Part shown: positions 51,423-64,000 of the stretch, piece by piece
Layout: every line of letters begins with the position of its first letter
How positions within the stretch are numbered: the first letter of the stretch is position 1
Made by a program: the position numbers and the translations under genes
Source: Squalus acanthias
Taxonomy: Eukaryota
DNA: 64,000 nucleotides
Assembly (NCBI GenBank): GCA_030390025.1
Contig: CM059431.1
Span: 131,318,001 to 131,382,000, forward strand
Reading direction: 5' to 3'
The notes under the pieces: generated by a model
The model's database searches: none
Told to the model about the DNA's origin: nothing
Seen by the model: only the letters and a program-made list of their open reading frames with translations

Positions 51423-51950
51423 CTTCAGTATCCTTTTTGTAGTATGTAGACCAAAACTGCAGTACTCCATGTGTGGTCTAACTAAGGTTCTACATACATT
51501 TAACATTAACTCCCCGCTTTTGCATTCTATTCCTATAGTAACGAACCCCTGTACTTTGTTTGCACTCTTTATGGGCTTATCAACTTGTGTTGCCACTTTT
51601 AATGATTTATATATCTGTAATCCCAAATCTTTTTGTTCCGCAACCCCATTTAGTTTCTTACCTTCCAAGGAATAAATGGCCTCCTGAATCCTTCTACCAA
51701 AATGAACCACCTCACACTTTGATGTATTGAATTTCATTTGCCATTTTTCTGCCCACTTTGCAAGCTTCTTTATGTCTTCCTGTATTTTGGTGCACACGCC
51801 ACGTGACTAGCTATACACCCAAACAGGTATATCTGCAAATTTCGACATGATACTTCAAATTTCTGAGTACCAAGTTATCTATGTATATGATGAATAACAT
51901 TGGTCCCAGCATGAATCCCTGCAGGGACACTACTTCCCACTTTCTGCCAC
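51423..51950 (-). mobile_element. Old CR1 fragment
   Basis: IQEDIKKLAKWAEKWQMKFNTSKCEVVHFG..RTLVRPHMEYC. Confidence 0.88.
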
Positions 51951-52224
51951 TTTCTGATGTTATTTACGTTAGTTGATGTGTAATATTAATAATTATTTTG
52001 CTAAAAACAGGCTAGTTATTTCAGATGCAGGATAGCCAAGATAATTATAGCCTTAGTCCATCTATGTATAAAAAGTACTTCCAGATTGTAATTGTTTCTA
52101 TATTACTGTGTTGTTTACACATACCACTAAATGCTAGATTAAAGCCTTGTCAGGAGAGCAGACAATTCAAATGTTCCTGGCGGCTACCTGAAACAGGCAG
52201 GGGGTAGGTCCCTTACATATGCCA

Positions 52225-53008
52225 AACCACAATATTTAGATGAGGCCCGAGTCACTATTTCGGGCCAGCTTCAGGCCTCCCAGTTCAGGCACGTGTTGCG
52301 GGCGCATCACCGTCTTCGCTCTTGGAACTGGACGCCGACGAATTTCCATCCCATTGTGGTTTTATTTTCCCCACATCACTGAGAAGTTTCCTGACCTCCT
52401 GCCAGGTTCTGTATAGGATTGTCATTGTGTGCCAAACCACAAATGAGTGGCCTAACATATATTTTGGACCCACTTGAGGAAATTGATCTATGAATGCGGC
52501 AGGAATTGGGCCTGCCCGGCTCAGAATTCTTTAGCAGTTGCTACAGGCTAAGCAGCAACCATCAACGAACGGTGACTTTTACAAAAAAAAATTACATTAT
52601 AAAATGTTCTTTTGGAGCTAGGAGGAACAGGAGTGATTCTCCTCGCTCCATGTCCTCCTGATTGCCCACTCATGATCAGCCCCCCTCTCGTTCTCCTCCC
52701 GACCAGCCCCCGCCCCACCTGAGGGAGGCTTCCAGTAAGGCCCGTAATTCAAACCAGCGGGAGGGTGAGCTGCCTGTGGAGGCGCGACAGGCACCGGCAG
52801 CTCAACCACAATATTTAGATGAGGCCCAAGTCACTATTTCGGGCCAGCTTCAGGCCTCCCAGTTCGGGCACGCGTTGCGGGCGCATCACTGTCTTTGCTC
52901 TTGGAACTGGACGCCGACGAATTTCCATCCCATTGTGGTTTATTTTCCCCACGTCACTGAAAAGTTTCCTGACCTCTTGCCAGGTTCTGTATAGGGTTGT
53001 CATTGTGT
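52225..53008. repeat. About 205 bp direct repeat pair (52225-52430 and 52804-53008) overlapping a MITE-like end
   Basis: AACCACAATATTTAGATGAGGCCC...GTCATTGTGT occurs twice with about ten differences. Each copy contains the TIR-like GAATTTCCATCCC. Confidence 0.92.
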
Positions 53009-53500
53009 TGATCTTAATGGTAATGTCTGCTCAGGCTTGTTTTCTGCGCATGAATTGGGGGTACACCTATGTGGGATATTGTAATTGTCTCATCCAACTC
53101 CTCTTGCACAATGATTGATACCTCCGTGTCAAAGCATTTTCTGGACAATTGTTGGACTGTAACTCAGAATTTTCCAATCAGCTCATCTGAATTGGCTTTC
53201 TAGTCTGTTTTTCTGAGGGATGAAGAGTTTCATTTCTTGTTTACTAAGGTGCTCAAGTGTGATTATTGTGGCTCTGAACTGATAGTCTGTGGAGCTCAGT
53301 GAACCAGTGGATGTCATGGAGCGACTCTGAAAATACTGCATCATTCCTGTGTGCTGGTAAATTGTTTGCCTTGCATGAACAATTCCTCTGATGAAGATCC
53401 TAATATCAAATATCTGGAAAATTGCCTCTTTTTTGAAGTCTGAAAGATAGACAATTTTATTTTCTGCTGTGGACATCCAAAGTTGTACATGCCTATTTAC
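52950..53500 (-). pseudogene. Possible very old Gypsy-type gag remnant
   Basis: Broken frames give FIPQKNRLESQF and ELIGKF*VTVQQLSRKCF..ELDETI..IGV, a spacing reminiscent of Gypsy gag. This is pattern-level similarity only. Confidence 0.25.
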
Positions 53501-54068
53501 AGTATCTGGGTGGGATTTCCAAGTGAAACATCTTTATGAACTACTAAAGACCATTTGAACATATTCTAGCCAACCTTGAAATTTAAATGAAAGAGGATCC
53601 AGGCTCTGTGGCTTCCTATCTATCAGTTTACATGCCACTGTAGGTGATTGTGTTTCTGCATTTTTGCTGGGTTGTCTAGGATTTGTTTTAGGCATATATA
53701 TATCAGGGAGGGAATTTTGACAGTGAAATGAGGGCCTGAACCTTGGATTAAGGTGTGTCTCTTGACATCTGTTTTTTGTCAGTTTACATACAAAAGCATC
53801 ATCACTGCTACATTCTATCATATTTGCTGTAAGTTGCATCCTCTGTACTTTATGGGGAATACACAGGTGTCTTTGTTAAATTCTGAAACATGAAGGAAAT
53901 GGCTTTGTGAATAACTAGTGGTTAACTTTCTTATATTTTATCTGGTTGTCAACAAAGTGGTAACTGACGCCATACAGCTTACCACTGAAGATCCATCAAT
54001 ACAGTCAGATGCAGTACTATAGCATCAGCAGATAGATAATTAGTAATACTTACATAAACTCTTTTTAA

Positions 54069-56222
54069 AATTTATTTGTTCATGGGATGTGGGCGTCGCT
54101 GGCAAGGCCAGCATTTATTGCCCATCCCTAATTGCCCTGGTGGTGGTGAGCAGTCCTTGTGGTGAAGGTACTCCCACAGTGCTGTTAGGGAGGGAGTTCC
54201 AGGATTTTGACCCAGCAACGATGAAGGAATGACAATATACTTCTAAGTCAGGATGGTGTGTGACTTGGAAGGGAACTTGGAGGTGATGGTGTTCCCATGC
54301 GTCTGCTGCCCTTGTCCTTCTAGGTGATAGAGGTCGCAGGTTAGGAGCTGCTACTGAAGAAGCCTTGGCGAGTTGCTGCAGTGCATCTTGTAGATGGTGT
54401 ACACTGCAGCCACGGTACACCAGTGGTGGAGGGAGTGAATGTTTAAGGTGGTGGATGGGGTGCCAATCAAGCGGGCTGCTTTGTCTTGGATGGCGTCGAG
54501 CTTCTTGAGTGTTGTTGGAGCTGTACTGATCCAGGCAAGTGGAGAGTATTCCATCACACTCCTGACTTGTGCCTTGTAGATGGTGGAAGGCTTTGGGGAG
54601 TCAGGAGGTGAGACACTCGCTGCAGAATACCCAGCCTCTGACCTGCTCTTGTTGCCACGTTATTTTTGTAACTGGTCCAGTTAAGTTTCTGGTCAATGGT
54701 GACCCCCAGGATATTGATGGTGGGGGATTTGGCGATGGTAATGCCATTGAATGTCAAGGGGCGGTGGTTAGATGCTCTCTTGTTGGAGATAGTCATTGCC
54801 TGGCACTTGTGTGGAGCGATTGTTACTTGCCACTTATCAGCCCAAGCCTAAATATCGTCCAGATCTTGCTTCATGCGGGTATGGACTGCTTCATTTTCTG
54901 AGGAGTTGCGAATGGCACTGAACACTGTGCAGTCATCAGCGAACATCCCCACTTCTGACCTTATGATGGAGGGAAGGTCATTGATGAAGCAGCTGAAGAT
55001 GGTTGGGCCTAGGACTGCCCTGAGGAACTCCTGCAGCAATGTCCTGGGGCTGTGATGATTGACCTCCAACAACCACAACCATCTTCCTTTGTGCTAGGTA
55101 TGACTCCAGCCAGTGGAGAGTTTTCCCCCTGATTCCCATTGACTTCACTTTTACTAGGGCTCCTTGATGCCAGACTCGGTCAAATGCTGCCTTGATGTCA
55201 AGGGCAGTCACTCTCACCTCACCTCTGGAATTGAGCTCTTTTGTCCATGTTTGGACCAAGGCTGTAATGAGGTCGGGAGCCGAGTGGTCCTGGCGGAACC
55301 CAAACTGGGCATCAGTGAGCAGGTTATTGGTGAGTATGTGCTGCTTGATAGCATTGTCGACGACACTTTCCATCACTTTGCTGATGATTGAAAGTAGACT
55401 GATGGGGTGGTAAGTGGCTGGATTGGATTTGTCCTGCTTTTTGTGGACAGGACATACCTGGGCAGTTTTCCACATTGTCAGATTGATGCCAGTGTTATCG
55501 CTGTACTGGAACAGCTTGGCTAGAGGCGCGGCTAGTTCTGGAGCACAAGGCTTCAGCACAAGAGCCGGGATGTTGTCGGGGCCCATAACCTTTGCTGTAT
55601 CCAGTGCGCTTAGCCGTTTCTTGATATCACGTGGAGTGAATCGAATTGGCTGAAGACTGGCTTCTGTGATGGTGGGGACCTCCGGAGTAGGCCAATATGG
55701 ATCATCCACTCGGCACTTCCAGCTGAAGATGGTTGCAAACGCTTCAGCTTTGTCATTTGCACTCACGTGCTGTTCTCCACCATCATTGAGGATGGGGATA
55801 TTCATGGAGCCTCGTCCTCCCGTTACTTGTTTAATGGTCCACCACCATTCACGACTGGATGTGGCAGGACTGCAGAGCTTTGATTTGCTCTTTTGATTGT
55901 GGGATCGCTTAGCTCTGTCTATAGCATGCTGCTTCCGCTTTTAGCATGTATATAGTGCTGTGTTGCAGCTTCCCCAGGATGCCACCTTATTATTAGGTAC
56001 GCCTGGTGCTGCTCCTGGCCTGCTCTTCTACACTCCTTATTGAATCAGGGTTGGTTACCTGGCTTGATGGTAATGGTAGAGTGAGGGATATGCCGGGCCA
56101 TGAGGTTACAGATTATGGTGGAATACAATTCTGTTGCTGCTGATGGCCCACAGCGCTTCATGGATGCCCAGTTTTGAGCTACTAGATTTGTTCTGAATCT
56201 ATCCCATTTAGCACAGTGGTAG
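54069..56222 (-). mobile_element. 5'-truncated copy of the 12110-15443 LINE family
   Basis: The 275 aa ORF 54978-55805 (NIPILNDGG..HPISLLSIISKVME..ALDIKAAFDRVWH), FADDC and the same 3' tail. Confidence 0.95.
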
Positions 56223-56472
56223 TCTGCATTAGGGTCTATCCTTAGATATTCTCCTGGGTACAGCAATGCTAGTCCCTCCCATAGGCAGTTTGACTGTCTA
56301 ATGTTTAAGAGTGTGCCCGTACTGCTCAATATGTAGTGTAACCCAGCAGTGTAACAGTCAAACCCCCTTGTGATCTTTCACACGTGTCCTTCAATCTTTT
56401 CAAAGATGGCCTGAGAAAACACATGGTAAGGTGACCCCAGATATAAATTGTTAAGCTGCTTTATTTCATAGA

Positions 56473-56676
56473 AGCCATGATGTGGAGATGTCGGTGTTGG
56501 ACTGGGGTGGACAAATGTGAGAAGTCGCACAACACCAGGTTATAGTCCAACAGTTTTATTTGAAATCACAAGCTTTCGGAGCGCTGAAGTCACCTGACGA
56601 AGGAGCAGCGCTCCGAAAGCTTGTGATTTCAAATAAAGCTGTTGGACTATAACCTGGTGTTGTGCGACTTCTCACA
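56473..56676. mobile_element. 204 bp fold-back Penelope-like insertion (two inverted 3' ends) with a 12 bp TSD
   Basis: 73 bp arms at 56514-56586 and 56606-56678 with one mismatch. TTATTTCATAGA occurs at 56461-56472 and 56677-56688. Confidence 0.92.
56585..56631 (+). ncRNA. Type I hammerhead ribozyme motif with 9 bp stem I
   Basis: TGAAGTCAC-CTGACGA-A-GGAGC(AGC)GCTCC-GAAA-GC-TT-GTGATTTCA. Stem I pairs fully with one G-U, and stem III is the palindrome AAGCTT. Confidence 0.75.
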
Positions 56677-56816
56677 TTATTTCATAGAGACCAATAGTTA
56701 TGATTGGACCCACTTAATTCAATCAGCACAACCTGTCTACATGTAATAATAGAAAATAATGAACATGCGATACTTCTCCACAAGAGTGGGCTGTCTTGCT
56801 TGGCTTTAAAGAAAAT

Positions 56817-57560
56817 GGCCCAGAATTTGGTGAAAAAATCACGACGCACACCGTTATTAATGTGCAAATTGACCAGCAACTTGTGGTGAGGAACAGAACC
56901 GTGAATTGCGAATTTCCACAAGTTTCTGGCCGATTTGCATCGCTCTGCCGTTAGCTTTGCAAAAACGGCACCTCGTCCTTAACCTTCCGTGATTTTCATG
57001 AAATTTACATGCATTTGCACATTAATTGCCCATTAAAATCGTCAGAGTTAAGTCTAGTAATTAACGGCATAAGTACCCTTTTAACGATGTTATAATTCTT
57101 AATAACTGCCAATCAACCTCTCTTCAGAAAGTGAACAATTAAAAGTGTGCAGTCTCATTCCTGCAGGTCGTGAATTGTTGTTGGAGATTTTAAAAATGTC
57201 GAATTTTAAAATTTAATTTTTTTTCTTACTTTTCCTTTCTGACTCTTTTTACTCTCTTTCTTAATCCAATATTTCTTGCCCCCTCGTTATTTCTCTTTCT
57301 GCACCTGATATAACATTGAATCCACTCACTCTAATTCACCGTCCTTCTCCATCCTTCCTCTGTTTTTTTCCGATCATTTAATCTCATTGGTTATTGAGAT
57401 ACACTGTTTATCCCGTTGTTCGCCAACGTCCCAGATGACCTGTTACCCTCGTTGCGCCGTTAGCAGCTCGCACTTTCAGCAACTTTGTGGGCAAACATTT
57501 TTTGAGCTGAAGGGTGCAGGAACACCCTTTGAGATGCCCTGCTCCAGCAAATTCTCAGCC
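56817..57560. mobile_element. Harbinger-type MITE with AAT TSD
   Basis: TIRs GGCCCAGAATTTG / CAAATTCTCAGCC with AAT on both flanks. Related internally to 32530-33308. Confidence 0.85.
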
Positions 57561-59841
57561 AATAACTCCTAACTGCCCTCTCTTGTTCTCCTTCCAAATC
57601 TGGTGCAAGCTCACCCTCACAGTTTTGCTGTATTTTTTTTAAACAGCTGACTGACTGCTTGTGTCTCTGTCTCTCTTTTTTTTATCTCTCTGTTCACAAC
57701 TTTGCTGAGTGCCTGTGACCAGAGACCTATGAAGACAATGGGTGTGAGGTGTTTATTGTTGCTGAGACAGGCTAATGAATTGCTTGTTCTTTAGTCTTTG
57801 GAGAATATTATCATTTTAATTACCTTTGATCTTGTTGCCTTTTTAATTAAAAAATTGTGTGAATCCACACTACTTTAAAACATGAATGTAACTGTTACTT
57901 TTCCAAATCAGTTCTATGGAAAAGGGGTCAAAAATATGGCGCGTGACAGTCTGTAATTGTCAAATTCACTTGTTCCAAAACCCCAGGCAACAACTCAACA
58001 GTATTGACTTCTACTTAAAGCAGAGCACTGATGTGATTACCTCTAGAGCATCAGCTCCACCACTATTCTGCCTTAATTACCAATGCATAACTTGGATTGT
58101 AAAATAAATGTTAACTCATCCCTAGAGTTTTTATGGGACAATAATATTTGCAGGCAGGAGCTTGGCTGGTGGAATCATAGCAGCTTTCTGCATGGTTAAC
58201 TTTACTTCATGAATTTAGTTATCTGCTCTTTGACAGGAATGGGGGAAGGCATTGAAATATCTCTCAAAGGTGAATGAATGTAATATTTTAAAAAGGGAAA
58301 TGAAACATTGTTATTTTTTACAGTATTAGAAGTAAAAAAACCAATTAGGAAGGCAAAGAGGAACTATGAAATTACATTATCAAGGAACATAAAGCAAAAT
58401 AGTAAAATATTCTACAGGCACATCAATAAATAAAGGAAAGCCAGGATGGGAATAGGGTCACTAAGGGATGGTCAGGATTATATCACAGGCAGCGATGGCA
58501 AAATGGCAGAAATATTAAATAATGATTTTGCTTCAGTATTTACCAGGGAGATGGATCAGGTGGACATGACATCAGAAGATGAGATTATAAATGATATAAC
58601 CACATTTAATATAAAAAGAGGAGAAATATTAAATTAGCTAATCAAACTCAAAGAGAATAAAACACCTGGTCCGGACGGATTGTATCCGCACATTTTTAAA
58701 AATCTAGGGAAGAGATAGCAGAGGCACTATTACACATATTTAATAATTTGTTAGAAAAAGGTGTAGTGCCAGTGGACTGGTGAATAGCTAACGTTATACC
58801 TATATTTAAGAAGGAAGATACAACATGTCCAGTGAGTGATAGACCAGTCAGCTTAACATCAGTGGTCGGAAAAATAATGGAATCCCTACTAAAGGAGAAA
58901 ATAGAAAAACATCTAGAAACCGATAATATAATAATGAATGTGATGCGGAGATGCCGGTGTTGGACTGGGGTGGACAAAAATGAGAAGTCGCACAACACCA
59001 GGTTATAGTCCAACAGTTTTATTTGAAATCACGAGCTTTTGGAGCGCTGCTCCTTCGTCAGGTAAAGTGAAGGAATACAAATCAGCAAAGCATATATAGA
59101 CAGAGAACAATGTGTAGCGTACAATGTCAGACGACTTTCTGACTGCCCTCCATCACACCTCGGCAGAGATACAATCAGGCCAGTAGCAACGCATTACATC
59201 AAAGACACGGCAAAATACAGCTAAGACAATGAGGTGGGGTCACAGGGGGTCCAACGTGTCAAATGCTGCAGTCTGTATGGTTAAGCGTTTTACTTTTTTT
59301 TTAAAACTGGAAATCACATCTGTGAACAAGCCAACGACGACTCGAGGCTGAATGTCCTTGACTGCTGAAGTGTTCCCCGACTGGGAGGTAACAATCCTGC
59401 CTGGCGATTGTTGCGCGGTGTCCGTTCATCCGTTGTCTCAGTGTCTGCATGGTCTCGCCGATGTACCATGCTGCGGTGCATCCTTTCCTGCAACGTATGA
59501 GGTAGACAACGTTGGCCGAGTCACATGAGTATGTACCATGTACCTGGTGGGTAGTGTCCTCACGTGTGATGATGGTATCTGTGTTGATGATCTGGCATGT
59601 CTTGCAGAGGTTGCCGTGGCAGGGTTGTGTGGTGTTGTAGTCGCTGTTCTCCTGACAGCTGGGTAGTTTGCTGCGAACGATGGTACTTTTGAGGTTAGGC
59701 GGCTGCTTGAAGGCGAGTAGTGGAGGCGTGGGGATGGCCTTAGCGAGGTGTTTGTCGTCATCGATGACATGTTGAAGGCTGCGAAGAACATGGCGTAGTT
59801 TCTCCGCTCCGGGGAAGTACTGGACGACGTAGGGTACTCTG

Positions 59842-61139
59842 CGACAGCCTCAGTACTCAACACCAACAACAGCCAATCTCCAGACGCCATCCTACAACTC
59901 ATCCGCTTCATCCTTGACCACAATGTCTTCACCTTCGACAACCAGTTTTTTACCCAAACACACGGAACAGCCATGGGGACCAAATTCGCACCCCAATACG
60001 CCAACATCTTCATGCACAAGTTCGAGCAAGACTTCTTCGCTGCACAGGACCTCCAACCAACGCTGTACACCAGATACATCTACAACATTTTCTTCCTTTG
60101 GACCCATGGCGAAGGATCACTGAAAGGACTACACGATAACATCAACAGGTTCCATCCCACCATCAAACTCACCATGGACTACTCCTCAGAATCGGTTTCA
60201 TTCTTGGACACACGAATCTCCATCAAAGACGGACACGTCAGCACCTCACACTACTGCAAGCCCACGGACAACCTCACGATGCTCCACTTCTCCAGCTTCC
60301 ACCCTAACCACGTTAAAGAAGCCATCCCCTATGGACAAGCCCTGCGAATACACAGGATCTGCTCAGACGAGGAGGAATGTGATGGACACCTAAGGACGCT
60401 GAAAGACGCCCTCGTAAGAACTGGATATGACGCTCGACTCGTCGATCGACAGTTCCGACGGGCCACAGCGAAAAATCGCATAGACCTCCTCAGAAGGCGA
60501 ACACGGGACACAACCAACAGAGTACCCGGAGCGGAGAAACTACGCCATGTTCTTCGCAGCCTTCAACATGTCATCGATGACGACGAACACCTCGCTAAGG
60601 CCATCCCCACGCCTCCACTACTCGCCTTCAAGCAGCCGCCTAACCTCAAAAGTACCATCGTTCGCAGCAAATTACCCAGCTGTCAGGAGAACAGCGACCA
60701 CGACACCACACTACCCTGCCACGGCCACCTCTGCAAGACATGCCAGATCATCAACACAGATACCATCATCACACGTGAGGACACTACCCACCAGGTACAT
60801 GGTACATACTTATGTGACTCGGCCAACGTTGTCTACCTCATACGTTGCAGGAAAGGATGCACCGCAGCATGGTACATCGGCGAGACCATGCAGACACTGA
60901 GACAACGTATGAATGGACACCGCGCAACAATCGCCAGGCAGGATTGTTACCTCCCAGTCGGGGAACACTTCAGCAGTCAAGGACATTCAGCCTCGGATCT
61001 GCGGGTAAGCGTTCTCCAAGGCAGCCTTCGAGACACACAACAACGCAAAATCATCGAGCAGAAACTGATAACCAAGTACCGCACCCATGAGGACGGCCTC
61101 AACCGGGATCTTGGGTTCATGTCACGCTGCATGACGTAG
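59842..61139 (+). pseudogene. PLE reverse transcriptase C-terminal half + GIY-YIG endonuclease, 5'-truncated, catalytic YxDD reads YIYN
   Basis: GTAMGTKFAPQYANIFM, RYIYNIF, INRFHPTIKLT, VSFLD, YCKPTD, a Cys-rich linker (CHGHLCKTC), NVVYLIRC..WYIGET..LRQRMNGH and GLNRD. Confidence 0.93.
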
Positions 61140-61430
61140 AATCATCCAGACTCGAGTCGTCGTTGGCTTGTTCACAGATGTGATTTCCAGTTTTTTTTTA
61201 AAGTTAAAAGCTTAACCATACAGACTGCAGCATTTGACACGTTGGACCCCCTGTGACCCCACCTCATTGTCTTCGCTGTATTTTGCTGTGTCTTTGATGT
61301 AATGCCTTCCTACTGGCCTGATTGTATCTCTGCCGAGGTGTAATGGAGGGCAGTCAGAAAGTCGTCTGACATTGTACGCTACACATTGTTCTCTGTCTAT
61401 ATATGCTTTGCTGATTTGTATTCCTTCACT

Positions 61431-61467
61431 TTACCTGACGAAGGAGCAGCGCTCCGAAAGCTCGTGA
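61431..61467 (+). ncRNA. Minimal type I hammerhead motif in the PLE 3' UTR (mirror copy at 59065-59029 has GAAA changed to AAAA)
   Basis: TTAC-CTGACGA-A-GGAGC(AGC)GCTCC-GAAA-GC-TC-GTGA. Confidence 0.72.
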
Positions 61468-61955
61468 TTTCAAATAAAACTGTTGGACTATAACCTGGTG
61501 TTGTGCGACTTCTCATAATAATGAATAGTCAACATGGATTTCAAAAGACAAAGTCTTGCTTGACCAGCCTCATTGAATTCTTTGAAGAGATAACAGAGAG
61601 AGTAGACAAGGGTAATGTAATAGATGTAACATATCTAGACTTCTAAAAGGCCTTCGATAAGGTACCACATAATAGACTAATGAATGAGGTCAGAGCATGC
61701 AGAGTGTGGGGACAAGTAGCAAAATGGATAGCTAGCTGGCTGAAAGACAGAAAGCAGAGAGTAGCTATACAGAGTGGCAGAAGGTGGGAAGTGGGATCCC
61801 ACAAGGATCAGTGCTGGGACCACTGTTGTTCACAATTTATATTAACAATTTAGACTTTGGAATCAAACACACAATTTCTAAATTTGCGGACGACAGCAAA
61901 CTGGAAGTGGTGGTCAACACTGAGGAGGACATGCAACAAATTACAGGAAGACATT

Positions 61956-62661
61956 GGGCCATAATTTGCGACCCCTACGGGTACGTATGAGGTGCGCATG
62001 CGTCCGTAGGGGCCGCGAAAGTTCCGGGTTTAGGCATGTGAAGTGCATGCGCTAAAACCCGGAACTTGTGATCTGTCTTCTTGACACATGATCCGCATCC
62101 CTGGGAAAAGGGCCTCTACGAACGGAGAGTTGCACTATTTGCCCAACTTCTGCCCAGCGAATGTCTGTGAAATTCTTACTCCAGGTAAAAGCAGGTGTAA
62201 GGCCTGCTTTTACCAGCATAAGAGTTTTAAAAAACATTCATTTGAACAGTAAAACACATGTACCATAAGGTATGTTTATTTTTAGACCATGTAAAATATG
62301 TAAATTTCTTTTTCAAAAAATAAATTTTTGTTTTAAATGTTCAATTATATTGTATTTTAATTAATTTTAAATATGTAAAAAAAATCTTCATTTGTTATGT
62401 TAAATCTATTTTTAATGTCATGTACAAACGGAACCTCCATAAGTATGAATGGAGATCCCCCTTCTTTGATTGGTTGGGCCGGCCCACGTGATCCCAGGTG
62501 CGCTTGCGAATCGCCTGCACCCCTGGGATACGTGGGCCTCTACGCATAGAGGCCCAGGAGTGCAAGTGTCCAAACCTCCGGGACCATCAGGTAAGTTCAT
62601 AGATTTTTTGCAGGGCGGAGGCATCCGTCCGCAGGAAGCCTCCGACCGCAAATTCAGCTCC
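61956..62661. mobile_element. Harbinger-type MITE with ATT TSD
   Basis: Imperfect TIRs GGGCCATAATTTGCG / CGCAAATTCAGCTCC with ATT duplicated. Excision restores the CR1 sequence GAAGACATTAATAAACTT. Confidence 0.85.
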
Positions 62662-64000
62662 ATTAATAAACTTGAAGAATGGGCATATAATTGACAAATG
62701 AATTTCAATACAGATAACTGTGAGTTATTGCATTTTGGTAAGAAAAATAAGATGGTCACATATTACTTGGAAAATACGATTCTAAATGGGGTACAAAAGC
62801 AAAGGGATCTCGGAGTACCAATTCACAAATCACTAAAAGTTGCGACGCAGGTCAATAAGGCCATAACAAAAGCAAACCAAGCACTAGGGTTTATTTCTAG
62901 AGGGGTAGAATTGAAAAGTAGATAAGTTCTGCTAACCTTGTATCGAACTTTGGTTAGACCACACTTGGAGTACTGTGTGCAGTTCTTGTCGCCATATTAT
63001 AAAAAGGATATAGATGCCCTGGAGAGGGTGCAAAAAAGGATGATATCAGAACTGCAAAGTTATACATATCAGGAAAGGATGAACAGGCTGCGTATCTTTT
63101 CTCTTGAAAAAGTCTGAGGGGTCACCTAATAGAAATCTTTAAAGTTACGAAAGGTTTTGATAGAGTAGACACAGAGGGAGTGTTTCCACTTGTGGGGAAG
63201 AGCAAATCTAGAGGCCATCAATATAAGATAGTCACCAAGAAAGCAAATAGGGAATTCAGAAGAAACTTCTTTACCCAGAGAGTGGTGAGAATGTGGAACT
63301 CACTACCACAGGGAGTAGTTGAGGCGAATAGTATAGATGCTTTTAAGGGGAGGCTAGATAAGCATATGAGGGAGAAAGGACTGGAGGGTTATGCTGATGG
63401 GGTTAGATGAGGAAGGATGGGAGGAGGCTCGAGTGGAGCATAAACTGGTTGGTGCAGTATGGACTGGTTGGGCCGAATGGCCTATTTCTGTGCTTTATAT
63501 TCTATGTAATTCTATGTACTTGACTGGTTTGGCAACTGTGGAAATGAAAATCCTATTTCTGTGATTGTCATGTCATCAATAATTTTACTAGAGCTTTTTC
63601 CCCTTGGGACATCCTGTCGTGTAACTAAAGAAGTGTACAGTAACTCTTCTACCCATATTCAGGCGTTATTTACGGAGCTAAGGAAACAATTACATCCTGC
63701 GCTATAGACTGGAAGCAGTAAGTGTGGCTGTTCTCATCCAAGTCAAGGAGCTAAAATTTATACCAGTACCATAACACACTATTCACACAAATACTGTAGT
63801 ATTTGTGGCTGAGGTAGTCCCATAAATTTAATACTCAGTCCTGATTTAGCCCCGTTTCAGGAAGTTGTCTTTAAAGAGAGAGGAAGTTCACATAGTGCGT
63901 GAATACAGTATCTGTGCTTACAATATTTGCCGTTTAAAACAAAATCAAAATCAAATGAAAACAAAATTATTTCACTACAAAACCACTAATATTACAAATG

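Larger units (their letters stand above)
58940..61514. mobile_element. Penelope-like retroelement with inverted architecture (minus arm 58940-59841, plus copy 59842-61514) and 12 bp TSD
   Basis: The left arm is the reverse complement of 60519-61514 plus the terminal tail. ATAATAATGAAT occurs at 58928-58939 and 61515-61526. Confidence 0.95.
58325..63517 (+). mobile_element. Old CR1 LINE interrupted by a PLE and a MITE (pieces ~58325-58939, 61527-61955, 62665-63517)
   Basis: Removing the insertions restores LETDNIIMNSQHGF and EDINKLEEWAYN. GIPQGSVLGPLLFTIYIN, FADD and a TTCTATGTAA tail are present. Confidence 0.92.

Noticed and set aside
59438..60900. Mirror-image ORFs (213 aa minus, 117 aa plus) as a separate gene pair
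   Set aside because: They are alternative frames of the inverted PLE duplication.

Overview
This is repeat-dense vertebrate DNA with no host protein-coding exon I can support. The SINE/LINE families suggest a cartilaginous fish such as a shark; that is my inference, not a database result. The window is a nested stack of mobile elements. It holds many CR1 LINEs, one with a nearly intact ORF2, and a second non-LTR family whose apparently full-length copy begins with a tRNA-like SINE head. There are several PIF/Harbinger transposons (transposase plus convergent spliced Myb/SANT gene) with MITEs, a hAT MITE, and Deu- and V-type SINEs. Penelope-like elements (PLEs) carry minimal hammerhead ribozyme motifs, and two of the PLE insertions are inverted (fold-back) structures with target-site duplications (TSDs). 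Also present are a 2.2 kb G-rich minisatellite and a frameshifted replication-dependent histone H2A copy that keeps its stem-loop and downstream element next to a lone hAT end. The most notable observations are: the PLE hammerhead/fold-back system with a tRNA-Ala-like 3' tail; a transposase-deleted Harbinger that keeps an open three-exon Myb/SANT gene; the possibly transposon-carried H2A; the SINE-headed LINE; and two locally templated insertions. All coordinates and alignments were read by eye, and boundaries of old elements are approximate.
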